Below, piece by piece: positions 40,668-52,079 of a stretch of DNA of 64,000 nt (position 1 is the first letter of the stretch; each line of letters starts with the position of its first letter). The position numbers and the translations under genes were made by a program. The DNA comes from Bacilli bacterium (GTDB taxonomy: Bacteria; Bacillota_I; Bacilli_A; RF39; UBA660), in the NCBI GenBank assembly GCA_017436345.1, contig JAFSDH010000005.1, positions 11,783 through 75,782 on the forward strand. Reading direction: 5' to 3'. A model generated the notes under the pieces. It was not told the DNA's origin. It ran no database searches and saw nothing but the letters and a program-made list of their open reading frames with translations.

Positions 40668-42041
40668 TTAATCTTCATATACATATTTTTTTGATGTATA
40701 AGTTTTATCTTTTAAATTAATCACATATTCATATGATTCATCTTTACTATTCATATAAGTATTAACAATAAGTTCCATTGTATTACCCGTTATTTTATAT
40801 TCATATGCCATTCTAGCAGCACAACATCTAATATGATAAGCCCCTGTAATCTTTTCAACTGGCTTTTCAAAAATTGCTTTTCCATCAGAATCATATACAT
40901 TTAAAGATTCATTCTTATCAACAACTATTACTAAATCACCAACAGCTTCCATATATTTATATCCAGCATCTGTTAAAATCTTTTTACCATCAATTGAATA
41001 TAATCGATAATTATTTTCTGTACTATCTAAATAGCTACCTTCATTTGTAATTATGTATTTTTCAGAATAACTAGCTATTTGATTATTATAAGGACCATAT
41101 GTCTTATTAGTAGATGGATTATGTACATAATATTGATTATCTTTTACTAACATAAATTGTGAACTTTCATATAAATGACCAATATAATCATAATTACTTT
41201 CAACGACAACATCTAATTTACCATTTTCTAATTTTATTACTGAATACTTATTATCAAAATCTACAACCACAAAATAATTTCTTTTAGCATTATAAGTAGT
41301 ATTATAAACAGCACTATAACGTCCTAATTCTTTCTTTTCAATTGTATCATATATAATTAAAGGACTTTCTTCTCCTAAATAAGATGGTGTTTCTGTTTCA
41401 TAATAAATATTTCCATCATAAACAAAAACATATCTATTATCAGCATAAATATATCCTTCTTGAGCTATTTTTAGACCTTCTTCAAGAGTATAACTTCCAT
41501 CAACACCCATTGGTTCTATAAAACCACACTTACCATATTCTTTATTCTTACACTCATATAACTGTATAAAATCTCCCATTTCACGATCTGGATAAACATT
41601 ATCACCAAGATTACCATAATAAGATTCTGTATAATATCCTAAATATCCATCTTTATAATAATCTTCTTCACCATAATATTCTGGTTTAGCAGTTGTTGTT
41701 CTAACTTTAAATTCTTCTCTTGGTTTTACAACAGTTGGATTAGGTGCAACATCAATATCAAGGGCAACGCCTTCTTCCTTTTCAGGAACAGATTGATCAT
41801 CTTCCTTAGTCTCATTATTATTAACTTTTTCTTCATCATTAGAAGATTTCCCTAAAAACCACCCAATAAGAAGCGCAACAACAACTAAAATAATTATAAT
41901 TAATACAATTAATAGTTTCTTACCACTTTTATTTTTAGTTTCTTTTATTTCTTCTTTTTTCTCTTCTACTTTATCTTCTTCTTTTTCAACTATTTCAACT
42001 ACTGCTTGCTCATTTTTTTCTTCAATATTTTTTTCTTCCAT
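40668..42041 (-). CDS. Membrane-anchored extracellular protein
   Basis: Charged N-terminus, a single TM and a Tyr-rich beta domain. Confidence 0.7.
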   Translation of the reverse strand: MEEKNIEEKNEQAVVEIVEKEEDKVEEKKEEIKETKNKSGKKLLIVLIIIILVVVALLIGWFLGKSSNDEEKVNNNETKEDDQSVPEKEEGVALDIDVAPNPTVVKPREEFKVRTTTAKPEYYGEEDYYKDGYLGYYTESYYGNLGDNVYPDREMGDFIQLYECKNKEYGKCGFIEPMGVDGSYTLEEGLKIAQEGYIYADNRYVFVYDGNIYYETETPSYLGEESPLIIYDTIEKKELGRYSAVYNTTYNAKRNYFVVVDFDNKYSVIKLENGKLDVVVESNYDYIGHLYESSQFMLVKDNQYYVHNPSTNKTYGPYNNQIASYSEKYIITNEGSYLDSTENNYRLYSIDGKKILTDAGYKYMEAVGDLVIVVDKNESLNVYDSDGKAIFEKPVEKITGAYHIRCCAARMAYEYKITGNTMELIVNTYMNSKDESYEYVINLKDKTYTSKKYVYED

Positions 42042-42053
42042 AAACTTACCTCA

Positions 42054-42764
42054 CTACCATTTTTTTCCATCATAATAGTCATACCCATATCCATAACCAT
42101 CATAATCTTCATATTTATCTAATTCTTCCTGTCTACTTCCTTGAGCATCTTTATTTCTTTCATCTAGTTCATCAGCTTTTTTTTCATCTTCAGATTTTTC
42201 TTCTTCTTCTCCTTCACCACCTTCAGAGTCATCTTCCTCTTCGCCATCATCTCCATCATCTTCTTGTTGTTCAGATTCACACGTAGCTTTTTCTTCAGTG
42301 TATAAAGTTTGAATTTCTTCCTCTAATTTATCAGCTATTTCACTAGAACCATTATCATTACCTTCAAAAGCACAACCATCTTCATATAACACTTCTAAAG
42401 AATTTTCATATACTTTATACTTATCTTCACATTCCATCTCATCATTAATAGTATTAATCATCGCTAAAGCTAAATTAATTCTAATAGAACAAACTCTATC
42501 TTCCTTAGGTTTATTATCAAGAGCTTTATTATATTCTTTAATCGCATCTTCATAATAACCTATCTTATATAAAATATTTCCATAATTATAATGAGCTATA
42601 TATTTTTCATTAAAATTTAAAACAAATAAACTCTTAGCAAAATTCCTATCATAATTTCCTTTTTCATATCTATAAATAATAACTTCATTTATTGAAAAAG
42701 TAACTATTAACTTTAAAAATACTAATATAACTAATATATATATAAATATTAAAATCTTCTTCAT
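42054..42764 (-). CDS. TPR protein with acidic tail (BatC-like)
   Basis: HYNYGNILYK..YEDAIKEYNKAL motif; D/E-rich C-terminus. Confidence 0.8.
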   Translation of the reverse strand: MKKILIFIYILVILVFLKLIVTFSINEVIIYRYEKGNYDRNFAKSLFVLNFNEKYIAHYNYGNILYKIGYYEDAIKEYNKALDNKPKEDRVCSIRINLALAMINTINDEMECEDKYKVYENSLEVLYEDGCAFEGNDNGSSEIADKLEEEIQTLYTEEKATCESEQQEDDGDDGEEEDDSEGGEGEEEEKSEDEKKADELDERNKDAQGSRQEELDKYEDYDGYGYGYDYYDGKKW

Positions 42765-43712
42765 CTAAACACCCCTTTTAAAATTAATAAATTCATATAC
42801 TAATAACCCTAAAAGAGGAATAACAAATATATAATAAGTATCTTCATAAGAATTAATATCGATTTTAGTTGATTGATACTCAACGCCAGAAAGAATATTA
42901 TCTATTTTTTTATCAATATTAGATTGATTATTCATATTAATATAATCAAGACCTAGACTATCACCAATTGTTCTTAAATTATCCTCATCAATTCTTGATA
43001 TGGCTGTTTTATATGGATAAGATGAAGTATCTTCTAAATATTCATATTCATCATTATATAAATTCTTAACATACATCTTTCCACCACTATTAGTACCATA
43101 TCCTAAAATAGCTCCATCAGAAATATAATCTTTCAACATAGAGTAACCTTTTGTATTAATATAAGTATCATTATTAGTAATTTCCCCATCACTTATGAAA
43201 AAAACAATACGCGCACGATTACTCTTTTCACTAGAAGAAACTAATTGACTAAGCATGTTATCAATTGGTTTATTCAAAGAAGTCCCTTTCGCAAATTGAT
43301 AATTAGATACATTTATAATATCTAATGTTTCCATAATAATATCTTGATCATAAGTAAATGGTATCAATATCTTAGAACTATCATCAAATGTAATTATTGA
43401 AAACTTTGATCCTGGTAACTTATCCATAATATAACTACAGTCTTCTTTTACTGCATCTAATCTAGGATTATTACCATTATAATCTTCAGCTACCATACTA
43501 ATAGTTGTATCTATTACAAATAAAACATCTAATTCATTAGTCATAACTTCTGCTCCTGATTTAGGATACATAATTCGTAAATTAATTAAAAAGAGTAATA
43601 CGACAACAATACATTGTCTAATAAACTTCTTTTTGTCATTACTACGACAAACCCAAAAAAGGCATATGACTCCAACCATAAAATATATTGGCATTATTGG
43701 ATTAATTATCAT
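42765..43712 (-). CDS. vWA domain membrane protein (BatB-like)
   Basis: IDTTISM (DxTxS), GTS and ISDGE motifs. Confidence 0.85.
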   Translation of the reverse strand: MIINPIMPIYFMVGVICLFWVCRSNDKKKFIRQCIVVVLLFLINLRIMYPKSGAEVMTNELDVLFVIDTTISMVAEDYNGNNPRLDAVKEDCSYIMDKLPGSKFSIITFDDSSKILIPFTYDQDIIMETLDIINVSNYQFAKGTSLNKPIDNMLSQLVSSSEKSNRARIVFFISDGEITNNDTYINTKGYSMLKDYISDGAILGYGTNSGGKMYVKNLYNDEYEYLEDTSSYPYKTAISRIDEDNLRTIGDSLGLDYINMNNQSNIDKKIDNILSGVEYQSTKIDINSYEDTYYIFVIPLLGLLVYEFINFKRGV

Positions 43713-44718
43713 AATATGCCACCCTCTTTATAACAACAAATAAAGCTAGTACTACAAAAGTTAAAATAACAAACGGAACTTGTGGAATGTCCATTTTAAC
43801 AACTTTCTTTTCTCCAACCGTTATATTTTTACTTGATGCCTCAATTTGTTTAACAATACTATTAACAGTATCTCCAGATGCTTCTTCATATAAAGTACCA
43901 CCTGTTGTTTCAACAGCTGATTTAAATTCTAACTTATTGTAATAATCAATCGTTTTTGTTGCTATTCCATAAACAACAACATTATGTTTTTTACTATATT
44001 CCCCAGCTTCTTCTAAAGTAAACAAAGGATATCCAGCTAAAATATTATCTGTTGAAAAAATAACAATTCTCGTTCTATCTTGATCTTCTTCTAAATCAGA
44101 AAAACTATTAACACAACTAACTAATCCATCTCCTATTAAAGAACTACCATAATATTCATTACCTTCAATCGTACCAGAAACAATATATTCATACGTATAA
44201 AAAGACGAAGTATCATACTCTGTAACAGCTTCTAAAGAAGCCGAAATATCGTCTAAAACTTTTAAAACATAATCATAATCATCAGTTAAAGGAACAAGTA
44301 CAACTGACGTTGTATTAAAAATCGAAATACCAAATCTTTCTCCCTTTAAATTATTAACAGTTTCTTTCAATGACTCTACTATTTGTAAATTTAACTTATC
44401 AACAGAATAAGAAACATCCATACATAAAAATATATCTCTATTTGCATATTCTTCTTGAATAACATCTGTATATGAAGGTCTAGATAATAATAATAAACAT
44501 CCTAAAATTGATACTATAAATAACCCTTCAATAATATATATTAGAACTTTATACCTTTTTAATATTTCTTGATAAAAAGGAAGTTTTTTTACATACTTAG
44601 TATTTGCAACCTTCTTACCAGATTTATATATATGTTTTTTCTTTTTTTGTTTAAATAAAACTAATATAACTAATAAAATGATCCCTATAAATAAAACAAA
44701 CGAATATCTTAATTCCAT
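43702..44718 (-). CDS. vWA domain membrane protein (BatA-like)
   Basis: DVSYS MIDAS motif, PLTDDY and IGDGL. Confidence 0.85.
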   Translation of the reverse strand: MELRYSFVLFIGIILLVILVLFKQKKKKHIYKSGKKVANTKYVKKLPFYQEILKRYKVLIYIIEGLFIVSILGCLLLLSRPSYTDVIQEEYANRDIFLCMDVSYSVDKLNLQIVESLKETVNNLKGERFGISIFNTTSVVLVPLTDDYDYVLKVLDDISASLEAVTEYDTSSFYTYEYIVSGTIEGNEYYGSSLIGDGLVSCVNSFSDLEEDQDRTRIVIFSTDNILAGYPLFTLEEAGEYSKKHNVVVYGIATKTIDYYNKLEFKSAVETTGGTLYEEASGDTVNSIVKQIEASSKNITVGEKKVVKMDIPQVPFVILTFVVLALFVVIKRVAYYDN

Positions 44719-45179
44719 TTACCAATTACCTCTTTTGTCTTATTAATCGAAGATGTTATATTACCTTTCGATATCTTAGAAAATTCAGGATCATAATATT
44801 CTTTAATTAATTCAAATAAAACAGGAATGTTTAATTTCTTTATCTCTTTCAAAGTACAAGTTTGTACCTCAAGTCCAGTAAGTTCAAATACAAAATCTCT
44901 AATTAAACTACTTAACTCTTGATATGCCTTACGACTAGTAATTGTCTTATTACTAAGATTTTGTTCAAGTATATTTAACTTATTTAAATAATTGTATTTA
45001 ATAGATGCAATATCTTTTCTAGAATAAAAATTATAATTAAATGTATTACTATTAGTCTTAGGCTTAATATATTTCTTTAAAAAATACCAAATAAAAGGAG
45101 AAAATAATAATATTAAAACTATTATTATTGGAATAATAGAATAAGAAAATGGTGCTTGTAATTCAGTGTCTATTTGCAT
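44709..45179 (-). CDS. Membrane protein of the MoxR operon
   Basis: Single TM; translationally coupled to its neighbours. Confidence 0.7.
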   Translation of the reverse strand: MQIDTELQAPFSYSIIPIIIVLILLFSPFIWYFLKKYIKPKTNSNTFNYNFYSRKDIASIKYNYLNKLNILEQNLSNKTITSRKAYQELSSLIRDFVFELTGLEVQTCTLKEIKKLNIPVLFELIKEYYDPEFSKISKGNITSSINKTKEVIGKWN

Positions 45180-46038
45180 ATTTATAATCCTCCAATAACT
45201 TAATAACTTTAATAGGTATTTCCTCTATATTATCTATTGTAACTATAGATACACGATATTTACTAATTTTATTTAAACAAGAAATATATAAATTATCTTT
45301 ATATTCATTCTCTAATTGAAACAATTGTTGATTCTTTGAAAAAATATTAGGAATATAAGTATCAGTATCTAAATCATATACATCTTTACCAAAAAGATAT
45401 CCATCACTAATATTTATAAGCATAATATCATGACGCATTGATAATTCCCTAAAATAAACTTCATCAATACTTTCAAGACCAGCTAAGTCTGTAATAATAA
45501 AAATAATCATACTTCTATTAATATTATTCCTAATATAATTAAGAGTTTTGTTAATATCAGAATTATTTTCATTATTCATATCACGATCATATTTAGCAAG
45601 TAATTTCTCGATACTATAAGTATCACTTTTTAAAGGAAAAAACTCCATAACATTATCACGATTATATATAGAACCAATCGCATCTCCTGTCTTACTACAT
45701 AAATACGCAATTGTTCCAGCCGTCATTAAAGCAATATCTTTTTTTGCATCATTATCCTTAGAATCAGCAAGCATCTTTCTATCAGTATCTAAAATAAGCA
45801 TAATATTATGCCTTCTTTCAGCTACATACTGTTTTACTAAAAGCTTTCTACTTCTGGATGAAGCCTTCCAATCAATATCCCTAACATTATCCCCAACTAC
45901 ATATTCACGCAAATCATCAAAATTAAGACTCTTTCCCTTAAAAATAGATCGATAAGAACCATCTAATAAACTAGAAGAATTCTTTCTTGCATAAATAGAT
46001 ATATTAGCTTTTATCTTATTTAAATAACTCTTTCTCAT
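45163..46038 (-). CDS. DUF58 domain protein
   Basis: FDDLREYVVGDNVRDIDWKASSR. Confidence 0.92.
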   Translation of the reverse strand: MRKSYLNKIKANISIYARKNSSSLLDGSYRSIFKGKSLNFDDLREYVVGDNVRDIDWKASSRSRKLLVKQYVAERRHNIMLILDTDRKMLADSKDNDAKKDIALMTAGTIAYLCSKTGDAIGSIYNRDNVMEFFPLKSDTYSIEKLLAKYDRDMNNENNSDINKTLNYIRNNINRSMIIFIITDLAGLESIDEVYFRELSMRHDIMLINISDGYLFGKDVYDLDTDTYIPNIFSKNQQLFQLENEYKDNLYISCLNKISKYRVSIVTIDNIEEIPIKVIKLLEDYKYANRH

Positions 46039-47048
46039 GGTGTTCTAATAGCCCCAAAAATAGCATCTATAATTGTTTCAACTTGAACATCATCTGCCAT
46101 TGCTGAAAAATTAAGAGCAATTCTATGTCTTAAAACACTATAAGCTAAAGACTTAATGTCATCAGGTACAACATAAGTTCTTCCACTAAGAAGAGCTATT
46201 GCTTTACCACATTCCATAAACGCTATTGCACCACGAGTACTAGAACCAACACTAATATATTCTGCTAAATTATCAGCAATAATTCCCTTAGGATGTCTAG
46301 TAGTATATATAATATCAGCAATATATTTTTTAATACATTCATCTATATAAACCTTTTTACGCATCTTTTGTAAAAAAGCAATATCATTTAAACTTAAAAT
46401 TGGATCAGTAACAGTAAATACATCATTTTCAATACGATTTAAAATTTCCATCTCTTCAGAAATAGTTGGATAAGTTAATTTTTCTTTTAATAAAAATCTA
46501 TCTAACTGTGCTTCACTAAGTAAATAAGTCCCTTCTTGTTCAATCGGATTTTGTGTTGCAATAACAATAAAAATCTCAGGCAACTTATATATAGTACCAC
46601 CAATAGTAACTTGTCTTTCTTGCATAGCTTCAAGCATCGCACTTTGAGTTTTAGAACTAGATCTATTAATTTCATCTAGTAATACAAAATTAGCATAAAC
46701 AGGACCTATTTTTGTTTCAAATTCATTTGTTGAATAATTAAAAGTTTGACTACCTATAATATCACTAGGAAGTAAATCAGGCGTACATTGAATTCTAGAA
46801 AAATCTCCATCTAATGCTTCTGTCATAACCTTAGCTGCAGTTGTTTTTGCAAGACCAGGAACTGATTCTAAAAGAACATGTCCATTTGCCATTAAAGCTG
46901 TAAGAAGCGCAATTCTAAGATTTGTTTGTCCAACAATCTTCTTTCCATAATACTCTTCAATTTGCGACAAAATTTCACTACATCTAGTCATTTCTTCTTC
47001 TGTAATATTAGGAGTAACTTCTTCTACATTTTTTACTTCTTCTTCCAT
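46035..47048 (-). CDS. MoxR family AAA+ ATPase
   Basis: VPGLAKT, RIQCTPDLLPSD, DEINR and ATQNPIEQEGTY motifs. Confidence 0.95.
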   Translation of the reverse strand: MEEEVKNVEEVTPNITEEEMTRCSEILSQIEEYYGKKIVGQTNLRIALLTALMANGHVLLESVPGLAKTTAAKVMTEALDGDFSRIQCTPDLLPSDIIGSQTFNYSTNEFETKIGPVYANFVLLDEINRSSSKTQSAMLEAMQERQVTIGGTIYKLPEIFIVIATQNPIEQEGTYLLSEAQLDRFLLKEKLTYPTISEEMEILNRIENDVFTVTDPILSLNDIAFLQKMRKKVYIDECIKKYIADIIYTTRHPKGIIADNLAEYISVGSSTRGAIAFMECGKAIALLSGRTYVVPDDIKSLAYSVLRHRIALNFSAMADDVQVETIIDAIFGAIRTP

Positions 47049-47147
47049 ATCAACACCTCTTACTATTCTTCTTATCTTACCATAACATAAATTATACTAT
47101 AAAAATATAAAAATATAAATAAAAAGAACTAATTACTAGTTCTCTTT

Positions 47148-47555
47148 TTAAGAATTTAATCCAACTATTATAAATGCAACTATAAATATAATAAGATATG
47201 TAACAGCACTAACTTTATATAATCTATTTAAGAAGAATCTAGTTTTATTATATTTATCTTTCATAAGTCTAAATCTAGCTTCATCAACAAAATCTTTATT
47301 TTTAATCATCTTAACTAACTTATCATTAGTTTTCCCTTCTAAAAAATCAATAAAACCTGTAACAAAAACCGCAACACCACATAAAACAAATGGTAACACT
47401 AATAAAGTCATAATTAAATTACTAAGCACCCCAATAAACATAGAAAAAGCAAAAAAAGTAAAAACTCCCCCACCAAACATCCATGTAAAACCATGAGCAA
47501 TGCACATAGCTGATTCTTCTTTTAATTTTTTAACATCAAAATCCATATTATTCAC
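47148..47555 (-). CDS. Membrane protein
   Basis: Three TM segments. Confidence 0.6.
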   Translation of the reverse strand: MNNMDFDVKKLKEESAMCIAHGFTWMFGGGVFTFFAFSMFIGVLSNLIMTLLVLPFVLCGVAVFVTGFIDFLEGKTNDKLVKMIKNKDFVDEARFRLMKDKYNKTRFFLNRLYKVSAVTYLIIFIVAFIIVGLNS

Positions 47556-47576
47556 CTACAATATATAAAAATCTAA

Positions 47577-49637
47577 TTATTTTAAAGTAAAATATCCAGG
47601 TGAATTACTTGAATCCACTTTAGCATAAGAAACTAAAACATTACTTTCACTAAACAACGTACCATTTCCACCAACTAAATTAACATTATTAGCAAAAGCA
47701 GCATCTGTAGCAAGAGCATTTGCATTTGTCCACAAACTAGATACATATATAGTTTTAAGAGCTGGAACAGCAGTCTTAAAACTATCATGTGTCTCAGTAC
47801 TACTAATACTTAGAACAAAAGCATTTTTCATATTTGTTACATTTTTAGTATTAAATGACGATAAATCTAAAACTTCTATACTATACATTCTCGCAAACAT
47901 TCCTTCTATAGAAGTAACATTCGATGTATTAAATCCGGATAAATCTAATGCTTTTATTGATTGAACATCACAAAACATATCTCTCATATTAACCACTTTA
48001 CTAGTATTAAGAAATGATAAATTATTAATCTTTTCTAACATAATAAACTTATCAAACAACCAAGACGAATCCTCATTAGCAACAAAATTTCCATTATTAT
48101 TTAATATATAGATATCATAATAACTTCCATTAGGAACGCGATATACCTTAATAACTCCACTACCATCACTATCTACAGCTACACCAGTATATGAAGATGC
48201 AATATTATAATAATTCTTTGTTTGACCAAATGTAATAGTTTTAATACTAGTGTCAGCATATCTTGTATCTATTACCCAAGCATCAATTTCAGCTGATGAC
48301 TTATTCTTCATAACATGATTTACTTGAAGACCAGTATCTAATTTATAACCATTTGTTAAATAACCAGGATTAGCACCATCAATAGTAGCCATTTCAAAAC
48401 TAATTTTAGTTGAATCATAAACAGTACCATTTCCTCCAACTAACTTAGTACAACTGGTAAAAAGATTAATCCCGTCTTCCGCAAGAACTTTTTTACTTAC
48501 ATCCCATTTATCAGAAACATATATTTTCTTTAATGATGTATCAGTTGTAAACATTTGACCTATCTCAGTAACATTAGAAGTATCAAAAGTAGATAAGTCT
48601 AAATATTCAATTACTGTCATTCTGGCAAACATACCAATCATATTAGTTACCTTTGATGTATCAAAATTAGATAAATCTACACTTTTAAGCTTTGCACAAT
48701 CACAAAACATATCTCTCATATTAGTAACATTTGAGGTATCTAATAAATGCAAATTAACTATTTCTTCTAAAATATATAATTTATCAAACATCCAAGCTGA
48801 ATTTTCATTTAATTTAAACTTACCAGAATCAGATAATATATATATTTTATAAGTACCGTCACTTAACACTTTTCTATATAAACTAATTGACCCTGTACGA
48901 TATAAATCTATCGGCTCTTTAACTAAACCAGAAACTTCACTTGTATATTCAGACGATTTACCAAAAACAATTATTTTAACCGACTCATCCCTAAGTCTGT
49001 TTCCGTCAACACTATAATAATCATAAACATCACCCTCAGGAGCATATACACCATTCTTTATCAAATAATTAAACTCTATACCTGATAAAGTTTCTTTTAT
49101 TTCTAGAGGTTCAAATCTATATTCAATAAATGAATCTAGTTTATTAATATTACTATTAGGAGTAACCCCACTCTTATATTTAAATGTAACTTCAAAAGTT
49201 AAATATTGACCTGGAGATATAATATCTTCTAACTTTAATTTAGATATTTCAAAAGTAATATTTCCATTATTATAAAAATCATCTTCAAAAAAAGATCCAA
49301 CAAACATATAATCTTTATCATAATTATTATAAATAGTAATTTCATAAGTAATGGAAGAATTAACGTCGGTATCAGATAAAACAATACTACTATTTATAGA
49401 AGATTTATATGTATTAATAATCTTAGACTCTTCTAAGTTAGCATTAACATTACTTTTATAATTAATATCTGTTATAAAAATACCATCTTGAAATAATGCT
49501 GTTGTATTACCATCAATAAATAAAGTAATAGAGTTGACAGCAGCATATCCAATTCCCATGAACAAAGTCGCTAATATTAAAATAACAGGAAAAAATTTAT
49601 TATAATTATATACATTTTTCTTAACATTCTTTTTCAT
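47577..49637 (-). CDS. GYA-signal surface protein with two BspA/DUF285 repeat modules
   Basis: LDLSxFDTSxVTNMxxMF repeats in two duplicated blocks; N-terminal MGIGYAAV. Confidence 0.85.
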   Translation of the reverse strand: MKKNVKKNVYNYNKFFPVILILATLFMGIGYAAVNSITLFIDGNTTALFQDGIFITDINYKSNVNANLEESKIINTYKSSINSSIVLSDTDVNSSITYEITIYNNYDKDYMFVGSFFEDDFYNNGNITFEISKLKLEDIISPGQYLTFEVTFKYKSGVTPNSNINKLDSFIEYRFEPLEIKETLSGIEFNYLIKNGVYAPEGDVYDYYSVDGNRLRDESVKIIVFGKSSEYTSEVSGLVKEPIDLYRTGSISLYRKVLSDGTYKIYILSDSGKFKLNENSAWMFDKLYILEEIVNLHLLDTSNVTNMRDMFCDCAKLKSVDLSNFDTSKVTNMIGMFARMTVIEYLDLSTFDTSNVTEIGQMFTTDTSLKKIYVSDKWDVSKKVLAEDGINLFTSCTKLVGGNGTVYDSTKISFEMATIDGANPGYLTNGYKLDTGLQVNHVMKNKSSAEIDAWVIDTRYADTSIKTITFGQTKNYYNIASSYTGVAVDSDGSGVIKVYRVPNGSYYDIYILNNNGNFVANEDSSWLFDKFIMLEKINNLSFLNTSKVVNMRDMFCDVQSIKALDLSGFNTSNVTSIEGMFARMYSIEVLDLSSFNTKNVTNMKNAFVLSISSTETHDSFKTAVPALKTIYVSSLWTNANALATDAAFANNVNLVGGNGTLFSESNVLVSYAKVDSSNSPGYFTLK

Positions 49638-49673
49638 AAAATTCCTCCTATTACATATTTTTTAATTAATATT

Positions 49674-50930
49674 TTATTTATAAACAATCGTTGAATTATC
49701 AAAATAATTTATGTTAGCATTGCACCACTCTAAACTAGGTTCATTACCACTTCCAAAAGCAGCAGTTAAATCAACCAAACCAACACCATCAACATTAACC
49801 GCATCAGTAGTACCACCCCAGTTAATACTAATATTATTAGTTCCAGTAAAATTTGCTTTATATATACTACTACCTCTAGTCCAAGAAGAACCATTTGTCA
49901 TTACTGAAAAACTTCCACCTTTACTTGTAATATCACATACAAAAGCTTGAGGAGTAGATGAAATAGCAAAAGCATAAAAATAATAAGTATGACCAGAAAT
50001 AAATGACATATTTTGCATAATAAAATTATATTGAGATTTATTAGGATAACGATACGCACAATAAGTTCCATGATAAGGGATTTTAACAGTACCCCATTCA
50101 CTACTATATCCGCTAAAACTCCATCCATTTAAACCATCTTCAAAAGACCCATTCGTAACCATATTATAAATAGTATATTTAGAAAGCTTTCTAACATGAA
50201 TATTTCCATTAACATTTTTAATAGTTAAAACATAGTTACTATAAGTATAATTACTAGAACTAAGTATTGTATTAGACTTTTTGACTTCAATTGGCGCATC
50301 TAAAGTACCAAAAGAAATAATTAACGTATCTCCATCCAATACATAAGTAGGATAATTACTAGTCGAAGAAAAATTCTCATATGTAACTGTATAACCCTTT
50401 TTAAAATTAAAACTTATATATGAATCTAAACTATTTTTATTTGGAACAGTTGAAGTATTATATTTAAAAGTAACAGTAAAACTTAAAGAACTTTTACTAC
50501 TAATTAATGATCCAACACTTATACCTGATACTGTAAAACTAACATTAGTATTAGAATAAAAAGAATTATCATATGAATACCCAGTATAATAATAATTTGA
50601 TGATGTACTATTATATATAGTAACTTTATAAGTTACATAAGAATCTATAGTTGCATTAGATAAACTCAAATTAGTATGTAATAAAGTTTGATCTGCAGAC
50701 ATTTGATTAGATGAAGAATTCTTCTTATCAGAAACTGTTATATCTGAAATAAATACTCCACTTGGAACTTTAGCAACTGCTTTACCATTTATATCTAGCG
50801 AAACAGAATATACTGCAGCATATCCAATTCCCATAAAAATAACAGCTATTATTAATAATATTGGAAGATACTTTTTATAATTAAATAGATAATTATTTAA
50901 TTTCATCCAAAAACCTCCTTCCATAAACAA
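49674..50930 (-). CDS. GYA-signal surface protein with C-terminal carbohydrate-binding-like domain
   Basis: N-terminal domain homologous to the 47577 ORF; NMVTNGSFEDGLNGW motif. Confidence 0.7.
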   Translation of the reverse strand: MFMEGGFWMKLNNYLFNYKKYLPILLIIAVIFMGIGYAAVYSVSLDINGKAVAKVPSGVFISDITVSDKKNSSSNQMSADQTLLHTNLSLSNATIDSYVTYKVTIYNSTSSNYYYTGYSYDNSFYSNTNVSFTVSGISVGSLISSKSSLSFTVTFKYNTSTVPNKNSLDSYISFNFKKGYTVTYENFSSTSNYPTYVLDGDTLIISFGTLDAPIEVKKSNTILSSSNYTYSNYVLTIKNVNGNIHVRKLSKYTIYNMVTNGSFEDGLNGWSFSGYSSEWGTVKIPYHGTYCAYRYPNKSQYNFIMQNMSFISGHTYYFYAFAISSTPQAFVCDITSKGGSFSVMTNGSSWTRGSSIYKANFTGTNNISINWGGTTDAVNVDGVGLVDLTAAFGSGNEPSLEWCNANINYFDNSTIVYK

Positions 50931-50939
50931 AAAAGGAAA

Positions 50940-52061
50940 TTAAATAATTTCCTTTTCTACTTTATTTTCAGAATTTTTTAATATTTCTTTTTCAATATCA
51001 CTTACTTTTAAAGCATAAATATATAAAATTTTTGTAGTACTTGGAATAACAAAATATACATTATTCTTATTTTTATTTTCAAACATCAATATTGGTTGTT
51101 GAAGAGTATCTCTTATTTCCAACATATCAGTAAATGTATCAACCTTTAATGGACGATAATTGCTTAAATCAAGAGTATTATTTACTTTTTGAATATAAGA
51201 ACGATAATTATTTAAAATCTTCTTTAACTCTCTTTCATAAATATTTTCTGCTGTTCTTGTCTTAATATCATATCGTATTGTTAAAACTATTAATACAATA
51301 TCAACAATAACAAAAATAATACCTAATACCATAAAGATAAAATTATTGCTATTTATAGGTTCACATTGCATTACATTATTTTCTGTATCAATTAAATTAT
51401 TACTAATATCAATAGCTACAGTATTTGTAGTAAGAGGAATAATTAATGACATAACAGATTGTTTTTCACTATTACCTAACTCTTCACATGAACCAACAAC
51501 ATTAACATACATATTAAGTGTTAATGTACTTTCTACATCTTCTAAACTATATACTTTTATAAACTTTTTGATTAAATCATTATAAGAATTATAATCTATA
51601 GTAATTTTTTCATTTATTGTAACTAACTTTTCATTCGTACTATATTCTTTTTTATCTATAACGTTTTCTGTTTTATTATAGATAACATTATCAGTACCAA
51701 CATTCTTTACAATTACATCCGCATCTATTTGATAAGAATATTTATAATCAACATTTTCTTCATTTAAAGATAAACTATATTCAAAATTAGCTGTTATTGT
51801 ATTTATCAAACTTGCAATATACTCATTACTATTTGCTAAATAATTATCTTTAAAAAAATCATTTTGATTCAACAAAACATCATACCTTATATTGCTCTTT
51901 TCATCATATGTAACATAATGCTCCTTATTTCGTTCTACATATACTAGAAAAAAAGATAAAGATAAAATAGAAATGAGAATAATCGCACATATATAAGTAA
52001 CGATTGTATTACGTTTCTTTGTTTGATTAGATAAAATTTCATTAACTTTATTTCTCTTCAT
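50940..52061 (-). CDS. DUF5305-like two-TM protein
   Basis: TM, large extracellular domain, TM, then a cytoplasmic tail with QQPIL; next to the SipW-like gene. Confidence 0.6.
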   Translation of the reverse strand: MKRNKVNEILSNQTKKRNTIVTYICAIILISILSLSFFLVYVERNKEHYVTYDEKSNIRYDVLLNQNDFFKDNYLANSNEYIASLINTITANFEYSLSLNEENVDYKYSYQIDADVIVKNVGTDNVIYNKTENVIDKKEYSTNEKLVTINEKITIDYNSYNDLIKKFIKVYSLEDVESTLTLNMYVNVVGSCEELGNSEKQSVMSLIIPLTTNTVAIDISNNLIDTENNVMQCEPINSNNFIFMVLGIIFVIVDIVLIVLTIRYDIKTRTAENIYERELKKILNNYRSYIQKVNNTLDLSNYRPLKVDTFTDMLEIRDTLQQPILMFENKNKNNVYFVIPSTTKILYIYALKVSDIEKEILKNSENKVEKEII

Positions 52062-52079
52062 AACAATTCTCCTCCATTA